Made by a program: the position numbers and the translations under genes
The notes under the pieces: generated by a model
The model's input: only the letters and a program-made list of their open reading frames with translations
Told to the model about the DNA's origin: nothing
Database searches by the model: none
Assembly (NCBI GenBank): GCA_013214485.1
Contig: JABSSF010000003.1
Span: forward strand, 1-40,684
Reading direction: 5' to 3'
Source: Rickettsiaceae bacterium
GTDB lineage: Bacteria > Pseudomonadota > Alphaproteobacteria > Rickettsiales > Rickettsiaceae
Length of the DNA stretch: 40,684 nt
Part shown: positions 1-9,438 of the stretch, piece by piece
How the letters are laid out: each line of letters starts with the position of its first letter
Position numbering within the stretch: the stretch's first letter is position 1

Positions 1-374
1 ACAGTATAGTCTTTTTTTTCTAGTAAAGCCCAAGCGTTTTAAAGCATCCCATACGCAGCTGATTGTTACGCCAAAATAGTTAGCATAATCTTTAATATAT
101 AAATCTGGATTAATTGTTACGTATTCCTTTAAAAGATCAGGGTTCAGCTTTCTCCATCCCCTTTTTAAAGGAGCATCTTCCAAATTACCATTCTGCTCAA
201 GCATATCTAGCCATTTGTTCAGTGTCACTACTGATATTTCAAATAAACTACATGTTTTTGATTTATTATTGCTTTTTTTATAGTGAGCAATTACACGTTT
301 TCTGAATATTATTGGATATTTCTTTTTTCATTGAAAATCCCATATTTATATTCATTTGTCAAGTGAAATTACTA
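1..374 (-). mobile_element. IS630/Tc1-mariner-family insertion sequence, copy 1 (5' part only, cut by window edge)
   Basis: nt 1-374 align by eye almost base for base with 27979-28352 (copy 2). The minus strand encodes the HTH N-terminal part of the transposase. The element ends in the TIR ...gtgaaattacta followed by TA. Confidence 0.8.
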
Positions 375-600
375 TAAATCAACTCCTGAGCAGATTCAAG
401 CAGCAATTATGACTATTAAAGATTATGCAGAGGATCTAGTTTTATTGGGATTACATAAACATTGTATATTTAAAAATAATAAAGTTCAAAATATCCTGGA
501 TAAAGCAAGCAAGAATTTAAAATAGCTTTCCCACAATAACCAGAGCTTTTGTATTTTATACTCAAGCTAATTAACTTATGTTTTTTCTTAAGATTGCTTT

Positions 601-657
601 ACTAAGAAAGGATAACATGTTATCCTTTCTTAGTGAGCACTTCTAAGAAAGGATAAT
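601..657 (+). promoter_or_regulatory. Perfect 34-bp palindrome (601-634) plus a third half-site (643-656) overlapping the RBS of the Fic gene; putative operator
   Basis: actaagaaaggataacatgttatcctttcttagt is its own reverse complement (checked base by base). ctaagaaaggataa recurs at 643-656, 2 nt before the ATG at 659. No T-run follows, so it is not a typical terminator. Confidence 0.6.
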
Positions 658-658
658 T

Positions 659-1816
659 ATGCAAAATAGAATCGGCAAATTCATTACCAAGAAAGTTGCA
701 GGTGAATCTTATAAAATTTATATTCCACCTAAATTACCATTACACTCAGGGATAGATTTAAATCCAATATCTACTTTAATTGAAAATGCCGCATTCTTTC
801 TATCTCAATTAAATAGCATAGCTGAATCAATACCAAACACTAATTTATTTGTATATATGTATGTACGTAAAGAAGCTTTGTTATCAAGTCAAATAGAAGG
901 AACACAAAGTTCTTTTTCAGACCTTATTCTCTTTGAGCATAAACAAAAACCCCAAGTATCATTAGATGATGTAGAAGAAGTATCTAATTATGTTAAGGCA
1001 ATAAATCATGGAATTAAAAGACTTAAAAAGGGTTTTCCACTATGTAATAGACTAATATGTGAAGTTCATAAAATTTTATTATCTGGAATTCGTGGTACAA
1101 ATAAATTACCAGGAAAATTTAGAACTTCACAAAATTGGATTGGTGGGACTAGACCTGGTAATGCTATATTTGTTCCCCCAGCACCAGAATTCTTACCAGA
1201 ATGTCTGTCAAACTTAGAAAAATTTTTACATGATAATACTTATCCAGCTCTAATTAAAGCAGCTATTACTCATTTGCAATTTGAAACTATTCATCCATTT
1301 TTAGATGGTAATGGTAGAATTGGTCGTTTACTTATTATTTTATTACTAATAAATGATGGTATAATTGAGAAACCAATTCTTTATCTTAGTTTATATTTAA
1401 AACAAAATCGTAGTACTTACTATAATTTACTACAAGAAGTTAGAACTAATGGTACATGGGAAACCTGGTTAGAATTTTTCTTAGATAGTATCATAACATC
1501 CAGCAAACAAGCAATTCTTACCATAAATAAAATTAATAACTTATTCACTGTTGATCTACTTAAAATAGATAAGCTAGGTAGAGCTAGTCATTCTTGTAGA
1601 AAGGTATTAGAATATTTACAAGAACTACCACAAATTTCTGTACCAACATTATCTCAAGCTCTTAATATTTCGGCACCAGCAGCTAGAAATGCTTTGAATC
1701 ATTTAACGCAGCTTGATATAACTCAAGAAATAACTGGTAAAAAAAGAGATAAAATTTATGTATATAAAAATTATCTTACTTTACTAGAAGATGGAACTGA
1801 GCCTTTATCACTCTAA
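659..1816 (+). CDS. Fic family protein (class II, autoinhibited AMP-transferase type) with a C-terminal winged-helix-like region
   Basis: Canonical Fic motif HPFLDGNGRIGR. N-terminal inhibitory-helix motif S-x-x-x-E-G in EALLSSQIEGT. C-terminal segment LEYLQELPQISVPTLSQALNISAPAARNALNHL looks like an HTH. Confidence 0.9.
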   Translation: MQNRIGKFITKKVAGESYKIYIPPKLPLHSGIDLNPISTLIENAAFFLSQLNSIAESIPNTNLFVYMYVRKEALLSSQIEGTQSSFSDLILFEHKQKPQVSLDDVEEVSNYVKAINHGIKRLKKGFPLCNRLICEVHKILLSGIRGTNKLPGKFRTSQNWIGGTRPGNAIFVPPAPEFLPECLSNLEKFLHDNTYPALIKAAITHLQFETIHPFLDGNGRIGRLLIILLLINDGIIEKPILYLSLYLKQNRSTYYNLLQEVRTNGTWETWLEFFLDSIITSSKQAILTINKINNLFTVDLLKIDKLGRASHSCRKVLEYLQELPQISVPTLSQALNISAPAARNALNHLTQLDITQEITGKKRDKIYVYKNYLTLLEDGTEPLSL

Positions 1817-1968
1817 ATCGGAATAAATATCATCGAAAAGCAACTATTAATAAAAAAAACTTTATTAAATTTTAGTTATATTATCTTTTTATTTATTTTC
1901 TTACGCATACTGATACATAATTATAAATAGGAAACATTTTCTAAATAAATTAACTTTTATCAATCAGT

Positions 1969-2703
1969 ATGTTTAAATTAAATGATTTAATAGATAAATT
2001 TAAGAATAAGAGTGATACTACTATAGTAAAGGAAACATCTGATTCGACGACGGAATCTAAAAATTCTGTACAAGTGGTTCGTAACTGGTATGAAGAACGA
2101 TATGATATTATTACCGTTCAGCGTAACATAGCATTATTATTATTAGTTATTCTTTTATTATTATCTATAGTGGCAATAGGTTCTATTGCATATGTAGTAA
2201 ATAGTAAGCGTTTTGATCCTTTTGTCATTCAAATAGATGATACAACGGGCATGGCTAAGGTTGTTAATCCTTTGGAATCGTCAGTTTTGGAAGGTAATGA
2301 GGCTTTAGCAAAATATTTTATCAAACGTTATGTAATTTCAAGAGAAACTTATAATCCTGTAGATTTTGGTAAATCAGCAAAAAAAATTGTAAGATTATTA
2401 TCAACTAATCAAGTTTATTGGGAATATCTTGGTTATCTTAGAAATGAAGAGACTAATCCAGCCATTAGATATGGTCAAAAAAATACTACCTATTTATTAG
2501 TTAAATCATGGTCGAAATTAGATAATAGAAAATATATTCTTAGATTTTCTATTAATGAAACCACAGGTAATAGAAGTGTTTTCAATAAAATAGCCGTAGT
2601 AGAATTTGATTATGTAGCCATGGAATTAACGGAGAAAGAACAAGATATTAATCCAATTGGTTTTCAAGTAACAGGATATAGGGTGGACGATGATAATAGT
2701 TAG
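1969..2703 (+). CDS. virB8: Type IV secretion system protein VirB8 (rvhB8-like)
   Basis: Single N-terminal TM segment followed by a periplasmic domain (RYVISRETYNP, YLLVKSW). First gene of a B8-B9-B10-B11-D4 array. Confidence 0.8.
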   Translation: MFKLNDLIDKFKNKSDTTIVKETSDSTTESKNSVQVVRNWYEERYDIITVQRNIALLLLVILLLLSIVAIGSIAYVVNSKRFDPFVIQIDDTTGMAKVVNPLESSVLEGNEALAKYFIKRYVISRETYNPVDFGKSAKKIVRLLSTNQVYWEYLGYLRNEETNPAIRYGQKNTTYLLVKSWSKLDNRKYILRFSINETTGNRSVFNKIAVVEFDYVAMELTEKEQDINPIGFQVTGYRVDDDNS

Positions 2704-3115
2704 AATAATATTATTTTTAATCATAACATTAGCTTTTACTAAAATAAGTTATAGTTATTATACAGATGAAGATATACCAATAACTACAGATAGTAGAATT
2801 AAACATTACATATATAGTGAAAATGAAGTATATTTATTAGTGTTACATGTTGGGTTTCAATCACATATTGAATTTGCTAAGAATGAAACTATACAAAGCT
2901 TGATTCCAGGGGATACTTACGCATGGAAATTAAATCCTATTGGTAATAGATTATTCATAAAGCCAATGGAAGATAATATGCAAACTAATATAACTATTAT
3001 CACTAATAAAAGAACATATCACTTTGATCTATCTTCAGTGCAGTTGATTGAAGGGCATGAAAAAGATTTAGTATATGTAATTAAGTTTCACTACCCAAGA
3101 AAGAAATCCAGGTAA
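2690..3115 (+). CDS. virB9: Short VirB9-like protein (N-terminal domain only, rvhB9b-like)
   Basis: Signal peptide plus about 115 aa. Lies between virB8 and virB10, with a 14-nt overlap with virB8. Motifs YLLVLHVGFQSHIEF and TNITIITNKRTYHFDL resemble the VirB9/CagX N-terminal domain. Confidence 0.7.
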   Translation: MIIVRIILFLIITLAFTKISYSYYTDEDIPITTDSRIKHYIYSENEVYLLVLHVGFQSHIEFAKNETIQSLIPGDTYAWKLNPIGNRLFIKPMEDNMQTNITIITNKRTYHFDLSSVQLIEGHEKDLVYVIKFHYPRKKSR

Positions 3116-3117
3116 TT

Positions 3118-4620
3118 ATGGAAAAAGAACAAAATACTCCAGAGAATGAAGAAGTTGTGCAAAATGAAGAAGCTGTACAAGCAGATACAGGAGAAATGCC
3201 TGAAGTTGAGCAGGAATTGTCTAAAGTAGCTTCTAACCCTAAGCAAAATTTAATTATTTTAGGAGTAGTTGGAGTAATATTCATTTATTTAGTTTTCAAT
3301 TTATTCATTAATTCTGATGAAGAAGATACGACAGAAATTAAAGTTGCTGCTCCAACTAATGTATCTAGGCCAGCGCAATCGTTAGATGATAGTGATATTC
3401 CACCAATTCCAACATTGCCAACACCACCTGAAATTGAAGATCCAAGCGTTGATGCTATAGAACCACCTCAGTTAACTCCAGAGCCACCACCTGCGCCTGA
3501 ACCAGTGGTTCAAGCACAAGAGCCAGCACTTTTACCAGATGCTAAAAGTGATAATTTATTGCCACAAACGGCAAAGTTAGAACCACTTTTGCCACAAACA
3601 GGACAAAGTAATGAAACTGCAAGGCAAAGACGTGAAGCAAAGCGTAAATCTTCCATTATATTAGTTGCTGGAGCAGTTCCTAAAAAAACTCCAGAACAAA
3701 TAGAGCAAGAAGCTGATTTTAAATATCGTGGTGATATGAATTTAGTTTTAGGGCAAGGTAAATTAATAAATGCAGTTTTAGAGACTGCAATTAATAGTGA
3801 TTTTGGTGGTGAAATTAGAGCTGTTGTTAGTAGGGATGTTTATTCCGAATGGGGAAGAAATATCTTAATTCCTAAAGGTTCTAGAGTGTTTGGCACCTAT
3901 TCTGCTGGAGTTGATAGTGGTGGTTATGGCCGTATATCCATTACATGGAATAAAATCAATCTAATTAATGGTTATAGCGTAAAGTTACAAAGTCCAGCTG
4001 TTGATAATTTAGGCAGAGCAGGAACTCAAGGAAGAGTTGACGATAAATTCAAAGAAAGATTTTCAAATGCAGTGTTACGTTCAGCTTTTAATATAGCTTT
4101 AGCTAGAGGGTTGGATCAAATAGTTAAACCACAAATAAGTACTCAAGCTGCAGCATCGCAATCGGCAAATGCCTCAAGTATTCGTAATATTGCAACAGCT
4201 ATATTTGGCGAAGCAGGTAAAACTGATGCACAGAAAAGAACAGAAATATGTGCTAGTGTTTTAGCAAATATTCAAGATACTACTTCTTCAGCTTTTAATA
4301 CAATTAATACAGCTTGTAATGATCTGAATGCGGCAACTGGAGCTACAGATGCAGAAAAATTAAACTCATTGATTAATACTATAAATTCAGCTGCAGATTC
4401 TTTGTTAGTAGTTAATAATACCCAAGTTGAAGAAACCAAAGCACAAGAAGCATCTAAACAAGCATTTACTGATGTTAGTGATGTGGTAAAAGAATATATT
4501 GAAGAACAAGAATTTAAGCCTACAATTACCGTAGATCAAGGTACTCATATTAAAATATATGTTAATAAGGATTACAGATTTCCTAAGGCTGCTGTGCATA
4601 AATCAAGGATAGTAAAATGA
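3118..4620 (+). CDS. virB10: Type IV secretion system protein VirB10
   Basis: Acidic N-terminus, TM segment, proline-rich spacer (PPIPTLPTPPEIEDP...PEPPPAPEP). Conserved C-terminal barrel motifs (GTYSAG, RISITWNKI, DNLGRAGTQGRVDDKF, TITVDQGTHIKIYV). Confidence 0.9.
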   Translation: MEKEQNTPENEEVVQNEEAVQADTGEMPEVEQELSKVASNPKQNLIILGVVGVIFIYLVFNLFINSDEEDTTEIKVAAPTNVSRPAQSLDDSDIPPIPTLPTPPEIEDPSVDAIEPPQLTPEPPPAPEPVVQAQEPALLPDAKSDNLLPQTAKLEPLLPQTGQSNETARQRREAKRKSSIILVAGAVPKKTPEQIEQEADFKYRGDMNLVLGQGKLINAVLETAINSDFGGEIRAVVSRDVYSEWGRNILIPKGSRVFGTYSAGVDSGGYGRISITWNKINLINGYSVKLQSPAVDNLGRAGTQGRVDDKFKERFSNAVLRSAFNIALARGLDQIVKPQISTQAAASQSANASSIRNIATAIFGEAGKTDAQKRTEICASVLANIQDTTSSAFNTINTACNDLNAATGATDAEKLNSLINTINSAADSLLVVNNTQVEETKAQEASKQAFTDVSDVVKEYIEEQEFKPTITVDQGTHIKIYVNKDYRFPKAAVHKSRIVK

Positions 4621-5612
4621 ATTTTGCTGCATTAGAAACCTACTTACTACCGTTTAAAAACCTTTTCGATGAAGAAGGAGTTAATGAGGTTATGGTTAAT
4701 ACGCCAGGTGAAGTATGGGTTGAAAAAAAAGGCGATCAAAGACTTGAAAACGTTCCAGAATTAGATCTTGATCATTTATTAGGACTTGGTAGATTGGTGG
4801 CTCAATCTACAGATCAAAAAATTTCTGAGGAAAATCCATTACTTTCAGCAACTCTGCCAAATGGTTATCGTATTCAGGTTGTATTTCCACCAGCATGTGA
4901 ACCTGGAACAGTTGCTTATGCAATCAGAAAAGGTTCAACTATGAATCTAACCTTGGATGAATATGCAAAAATGGGAGCTTTTGACGATACGACAACCGAA
5001 GAAGCCGTTAATGAAGATGATAATATCTTGTGTAAATATTTAAAAGAAAAGAAAATTAAAGAATTTATTCGTCATGCAGTAATTTGTAAGAAAAATATTA
5101 TTATTAGTGGTGGAACTTCAACAGGAAAAACTACTTTTACTAATGCTGCTCTTAGTGAAATACCTGAAGGAGAAAGGTTAATTACAGTTGAAGATGCAAG
5201 AGAAGTATTATTAAATAAGCACCCAAATAGAGTTCATTTATTAGTATCGAAAGGTGGTCAAGGTAGAGCTAAAGTTAGTACTCAAGATTTAATAGAAGCT
5301 TGTCTTAGGCTCCGTCCTGATAGAATTATTGTTGGTGAATTAAGGGGTGCAGAAGCATTTAGTTTTCTTAGAGCAATAAATACTGGTCATCCAGGATCAG
5401 TATCTACTTTGCACGCTGATGCTCCTTCAATGGCTATTGAACAATTAAAACTTATGGTAATGCAGGCAGGACTTGGTATGCCACCTGAAGAAATTAGAAA
5501 TTATATTCTTTCAGTAGTAGATGTTGTTGTACAATTGAAAAGAGGTGGTGGTGGCAGGCGTTTTGTATCAGAAGTATATTTTAAGGGGTTAAGCGAGAAA
5601 AATGGGATTTAA
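4617..5612 (+). CDS. virB11: Type IV secretion ATPase VirB11
   Basis: Walker A GGTSTGKTT, DRIIVGELRG, HPGSVSTLHA. ATGA overlap with virB10. Confidence 0.95.
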   Translation: MNFAALETYLLPFKNLFDEEGVNEVMVNTPGEVWVEKKGDQRLENVPELDLDHLLGLGRLVAQSTDQKISEENPLLSATLPNGYRIQVVFPPACEPGTVAYAIRKGSTMNLTLDEYAKMGAFDDTTTEEAVNEDDNILCKYLKEKKIKEFIRHAVICKKNIIISGGTSTGKTTFTNAALSEIPEGERLITVEDAREVLLNKHPNRVHLLVSKGGQGRAKVSTQDLIEACLRLRPDRIIVGELRGAEAFSFLRAINTGHPGSVSTLHADAPSMAIEQLKLMVMQAGLGMPPEEIRNYILSVVDVVVQLKRGGGGRRFVSEVYFKGLSEKNGI

Positions 5613-7365
5613 ATTAACTTTAACAAAAGCTAGAAATATTTTTGGACATTTAGTTATCCACCCATTTTTTATATATTGTACAATATGGTTTAGTGGAGCA
5701 ATTATAGCTCTTATTACTAATGAATCTAATGCTATTGGTATTAATAATGATGTTGTAGTTGTTGGTTATAAATGGCTGAGTTGGATGTTTAGTGTCTGGG
5801 GAAGACTTGACATGACTGCTTATAATTATTTAAAACTAAAACTAATCTTAGCGGCAACATTACCTGCTTTATTAATGATAGCTATTTACATGAAAAATTT
5901 TACAAGAATAAAGAATTTAGAGTTTTTCACTCCAAAAGAATCAGTTTATGGTTCTGCTGCTTGGGCTTCTAACGCAGATATCGAAAGAGCAAACCTACGA
6001 GCAAAGCATGGTATGTTACTTGGCCAAGATGATACAGGTTATTTTGTTGCAGACGGGTTTCAACATGCTTTATTATTTGCTCCTACTGGGTCTGGTAAAG
6101 GTGTTGGTTTTGTTATTCCAAATTTATTATTTTGGGATCATTCCGTAGTAGTTCATGATATCAAATTAGAAAATCATCAATTAACTAGCGGTTGGCGTAA
6201 GAAACAAGGCCAAGAAGTATATGTTTGGGAACCTTCCAACCCTGATGGCATCACCCATTGTTATAATCCTATTGATTGGGTCAGTAGTAAACCAGGGCAA
6301 ATTGTTGATGATGTACAAAAAATTTCTAACCTAATCTTACCAGAAAAAGATTTTTGGAATAATGAAGCACGAAGTTTGTTTCTAGGAGTAGTTCTATATT
6401 TAATTGCCGATGATACTAAAGCAAAATCTTTTGGTCAAGTTGTAAGAACTATGCGTAGTGATGATGTCGTGTATAATCTTGCCGTAGTACTCGATACTCT
6501 GGGTGATGCTATTCATCCAGTTGCTTATATGAATATTGCTGCATTTCTACAAAAGGCTGATAAAGAACGTTCTGGTGTAATTTCAACAATGAACTCTGGT
6601 TTAGAGCTTTGGGCAAATCCTTTAATTGATGCGGCCACTGCAGCTTCTGACTTTAGTATTATGGAACTAAAACGTAAAAAAACTACAGTTTATGTTGGAT
6701 TAACCCCAGATAATATCCAACGTTTACAAAAATTAATGCAGGTATTTTATCAGCAGGCAACTGAATTTTTAAGCCGTAAAATACCAGACGAAAAAGACGA
6801 ACCTTATGGAGTGATGTTCATGATGGATGAGTTCCCAACCCTTGGAAAAATGGAACAGTTTAAAGCAGGTATTGCCTATTTCCGTGGCTATAGAGTTAGA
6901 CTATTCTTAATTATTCAAGATACCCAGCAACTAAAAGGAACTTATGAAGATGCAGGTATGAATTCCTTTTTATCTAACTCAACTTTCCGGATTACTTTTG
7001 CTGCCAATAACTATGAAACAGCTAATTTGATTTCACAGCTTTGTGGTAATAAAACTGTAGAACAAGCATCTTATAATAAACCTATATTCTTTGATTTAAA
7101 TATTGCAACAAGAACAAAAAATGTTTCGAAAGTACAAAGAGCATTGTTACTTCCACAAGAAGTAATTCAACTACCTAGGGATGATCAAATAGTATTAATT
7201 GAGTCTTTTCCACCTATCAGATCAAAGAAAATTAAGTATTATGCAGATAAGTACTTTACAAAACGATTATTACCGCCTACATTTGTACCTACTCAGGAAC
7301 CTTATGATCCAAATAAAGATAGAAGTAATCAGGATGAGGCTGAGGCGAAAGTAGAGGAAGCATAA
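5602..7365 (+). CDS. virD4: Type IV secretion coupling protein VirD4
   Basis: Two N-terminal TM segments, Walker A APTGSGKGVG, MMDEFPTLG, LIIQDTQQL. Confidence 0.95.
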   Translation: MGFKLTLTKARNIFGHLVIHPFFIYCTIWFSGAIIALITNESNAIGINNDVVVVGYKWLSWMFSVWGRLDMTAYNYLKLKLILAATLPALLMIAIYMKNFTRIKNLEFFTPKESVYGSAAWASNADIERANLRAKHGMLLGQDDTGYFVADGFQHALLFAPTGSGKGVGFVIPNLLFWDHSVVVHDIKLENHQLTSGWRKKQGQEVYVWEPSNPDGITHCYNPIDWVSSKPGQIVDDVQKISNLILPEKDFWNNEARSLFLGVVLYLIADDTKAKSFGQVVRTMRSDDVVYNLAVVLDTLGDAIHPVAYMNIAAFLQKADKERSGVISTMNSGLELWANPLIDAATAASDFSIMELKRKKTTVYVGLTPDNIQRLQKLMQVFYQQATEFLSRKIPDEKDEPYGVMFMMDEFPTLGKMEQFKAGIAYFRGYRVRLFLIIQDTQQLKGTYEDAGMNSFLSNSTFRITFAANNYETANLISQLCGNKTVEQASYNKPIFFDLNIATRTKNVSKVQRALLLPQEVIQLPRDDQIVLIESFPPIRSKKIKYYADKYFTKRLLPPTFVPTQEPYDPNKDRSNQDEAEAKVEEA

Positions 7366-7400
7366 ACTCTACTTAAGTAAAGTTAATATAGGGCAAAAAA

Positions 7401-8816
7401 ATGCGTTTAGGAATAATTGATATTGGCTTTAATGCTATTAGAGCAGTTGTTTATCATGATAGTAGTATTGGCGCTCCTGAGATATTTAATAATAAGTTTA
7501 AGAATGATATTTTAAGCTTACTTGAAAAAGAAGATCTAAACATTAAACATCAAACATATTTATCATTACAATATATCACTCACATATTTGCTAAACTATC
7601 TGTTACTGAAGTGAAATGTGTAGCTACAGCTGTACTTAGAGATCACCCTAAATCTGAAGAGTTTATTAAACATATCAAGGCTACATATGATTTAAACATT
7701 GAAGTGATAAGTGGCGACAGAGAAGCTTATCTTACTGCCCTTGGTTTAACTTCTGCCATTTATAACACAGACGGCATAGCTGCAGATCTAGGTGGTGGTA
7801 GTTTAGAACTTGCAGAAGTTAATGGTAGAGAGATTAATAAACTTGGTTCATTAAATATTGGTACAAAAGTTATCAATGCAAAGAAATTAAATAATATTGA
7901 TCTTATTATCAAAGTCATTACAGACGAATATGGTGACTTTCAATATGAAAATATCTATATGATTGGTGGAGCTTTACGTTTCATTGGTAGATTATTTTTG
8001 GATTATGTCAATTACCCAATTAAAAATTTACATAATCTGACTATAGATAGCAAGGAATTTGCTGATTATTTAGAAAAAATACAAAATCCAAATACCAATA
8101 ATGAAAAAAATAATAAACGAAAAATCAATTATAATGCAGTTATTGTAACCAGTGCAATGATTCAAGTATTTAAACCAAAGAATATTATTATTTCAACATT
8201 TGGCTTGAAAGAAGGAGTAAGATTTGAGTTATTAACAAAGGAAGAAAAGCAAAAAGATATTATTTTTGAGAAATTAAAACAAGTTTGTAATTGTGATACG
8301 ACAAAAACAGATTTTGATAGCTATATTAAAATAATATCAACCTTATTACCAAAAGAAAATAATGTAGATGATATTATTAGATATACAATAATTTTGACAT
8401 CGTTACCTAGATATTTTGACCATACCTTGCCGCCAGTAGCTATTTCTAATTTTGTATTATATTCAGAAATACCATTTCCTTATTATATGCGAATAATGTT
8501 GGCATTAATTTTATCATATATGTCTAACTTTAAACCCACTACTGAATTAATTAAACTTTCAAAGAAAATAATTAATAAGAGAAATCATCAGATTAGTCAG
8601 ATAATTGGTCATACCATGCGTATTGCAAAAGATGTAGACGGTGCAGAATTTACTACCCCATCTTTTTCTATACAACAAAAAGATGGATTTCTAGAAATAG
8701 CCAGTAACGATATTTTACCACGCCCTATATTTGAAAAAGTATGTGATCGTTTAAAATCTATTGCCTTTATTCGTAAAGCATTTTATTCTCAGAATAATGA
8801 TGGAAATAATCAATAA
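7401..8816 (+). CDS. Ppx/GppA family phosphatase (exopolyphosphatase / guanosine pentaphosphate phosphohydrolase-like)
   Basis: N-terminal actin-fold motifs GIIDIGFNAIRAVVY and AADLGGGSLEL. Confidence 0.75.
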   Translation: MRLGIIDIGFNAIRAVVYHDSSIGAPEIFNNKFKNDILSLLEKEDLNIKHQTYLSLQYITHIFAKLSVTEVKCVATAVLRDHPKSEEFIKHIKATYDLNIEVISGDREAYLTALGLTSAIYNTDGIAADLGGGSLELAEVNGREINKLGSLNIGTKVINAKKLNNIDLIIKVITDEYGDFQYENIYMIGGALRFIGRLFLDYVNYPIKNLHNLTIDSKEFADYLEKIQNPNTNNEKNNKRKINYNAVIVTSAMIQVFKPKNIIISTFGLKEGVRFELLTKEEKQKDIIFEKLKQVCNCDTTKTDFDSYIKIISTLLPKENNVDDIIRYTIILTSLPRYFDHTLPPVAISNFVLYSEIPFPYYMRIMLALILSYMSNFKPTTELIKLSKKIINKRNHQISQIIGHTMRIAKDVDGAEFTTPSFSIQQKDGFLEIASNDILPRPIFEKVCDRLKSIAFIRKAFYSQNNDGNNQ

Positions 8817-8830
8817 GAAATAATTAAACG

Positions 8831-9367
8831 ATGTTGCATAATACAGAAAATTCTTATGGCCTTATTACTAGACTACTTCATTGGATTATAGCTTTAATGA
8901 TTCTAGGCTTACTTGTAGTTGGTTTTACTATGGAGAGCATGGAACCCTCTGAGCAAAAATGGCAATTATACGGTTATCATAAAGCTACGGGCTTTTTTGT
9001 TTTTACTTTAGTTGCTATACGTATAGTTTGGCGTTTGATTAATGTAGAAGTATTACTACCAAAAGATATTCCACATTGGCAAGCTATGGCCTCTAAAATA
9101 ACTCATTATTTATTATATTTATTTATGTTCTTAATGCCTTTTAGTGGCATAATGATGAGTCGTTTAGGTGGCCATAACATTAATGTTTTCGATTTGTTTA
9201 CTATACCAGCAGCAACTAAAAATCCAGAATGGGCTGGTATTTTTCATAAAACACATGGTCTTGCAGCATATGGTATATCTGCTTTTATATTACTACATAT
9301 TGGAGCAGCACTATATCACCATTTTATCCGTAAGGATAATGTGTTAATGCGGATGATAAAGGAATAG
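8831..9367 (+). CDS. cybB: Cytochrome b561 family protein
   Basis: Four TM helices with conserved histidines (LLHWIIA, YHKATG, FHKTHG, HIGAALYHHF). Confidence 0.8.
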   Translation: MLHNTENSYGLITRLLHWIIALMILGLLVVGFTMESMEPSEQKWQLYGYHKATGFFVFTLVAIRIVWRLINVEVLLPKDIPHWQAMASKITHYLLYLFMFLMPFSGIMMSRLGGHNINVFDLFTIPAATKNPEWAGIFHKTHGLAAYGISAFILLHIGAALYHHFIRKDNVLMRMIKE

Positions 9368-9399
9368 TTTTTAAGTTATTTTACAAAAATTTGTCATAT

Positions 9400-9438
9400 C
9401 TGGATTATCATGTCACCATAGGTAACTCGTGATGACGG
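9400..9438. repeat. RPE-like palindromic repeat core (inverted copy of 16412-16452)
   Basis: The reverse complement ccgtcatcacgagttacctatggtgacatgataatccag matches ccgtcatcacgagtcacctgtgggtgacgtggtgatccag at 16412-16451, about 85% identity by eye. It lies in the convergent spacer between cybB and ctaB. Confidence 0.65.

Noticed and set aside
114-305. Plus-strand 63-aa ORFs at 114-305 and 28092-28283
   Set aside because: Both lie antisense to the IS630 transposase N-terminal coding region. They are repeat-derived shadow ORFs with no RBS and hydrophobic low-complexity sequence.
376-525. Reading frame open from the IS630 boundary to a TAG at 523-525 (KSTPEQIQAAIMTIKDYAEDLVLLGLHKHCIFKNNKVQNILDKASKNLK), possibly the 3' remnant of a gene split by the IS
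   Set aside because: It is only about 50 codons with no recognisable family, and the upstream half is outside the window, so it cannot be supported as a feature.
3081-3284. Short ORFs nested in or antisense to confidently assigned genes: 3081-3284, 4405-4599, 5948-6148, 10209-10409, 12123-12317, 12181-12399, 12293-12520, 13379-13570, 16054-16242, 16851-17057, 17606-17959, 19535-19744, 20600-20863, 22111-22317, 23618-23830, 26115-26342, 29284-29484, 35298-35498, 36070-36270, 38161-38430, 38294-38491, 38885-39079, 39205-39399
   Set aside because: All overlap longer ORFs that carry clear family motifs. Their sequences are low-complexity or biased, as expected for alternative frames of AT-rich coding DNA.
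3400-3610. Pro-rich and LLPQT-repeat segment of VirB10 as a tandem DNA repeat
   Set aside because: Only two short imperfect copies (ttgccacaaac) are present. A proline-rich linker is a normal VirB10 feature.
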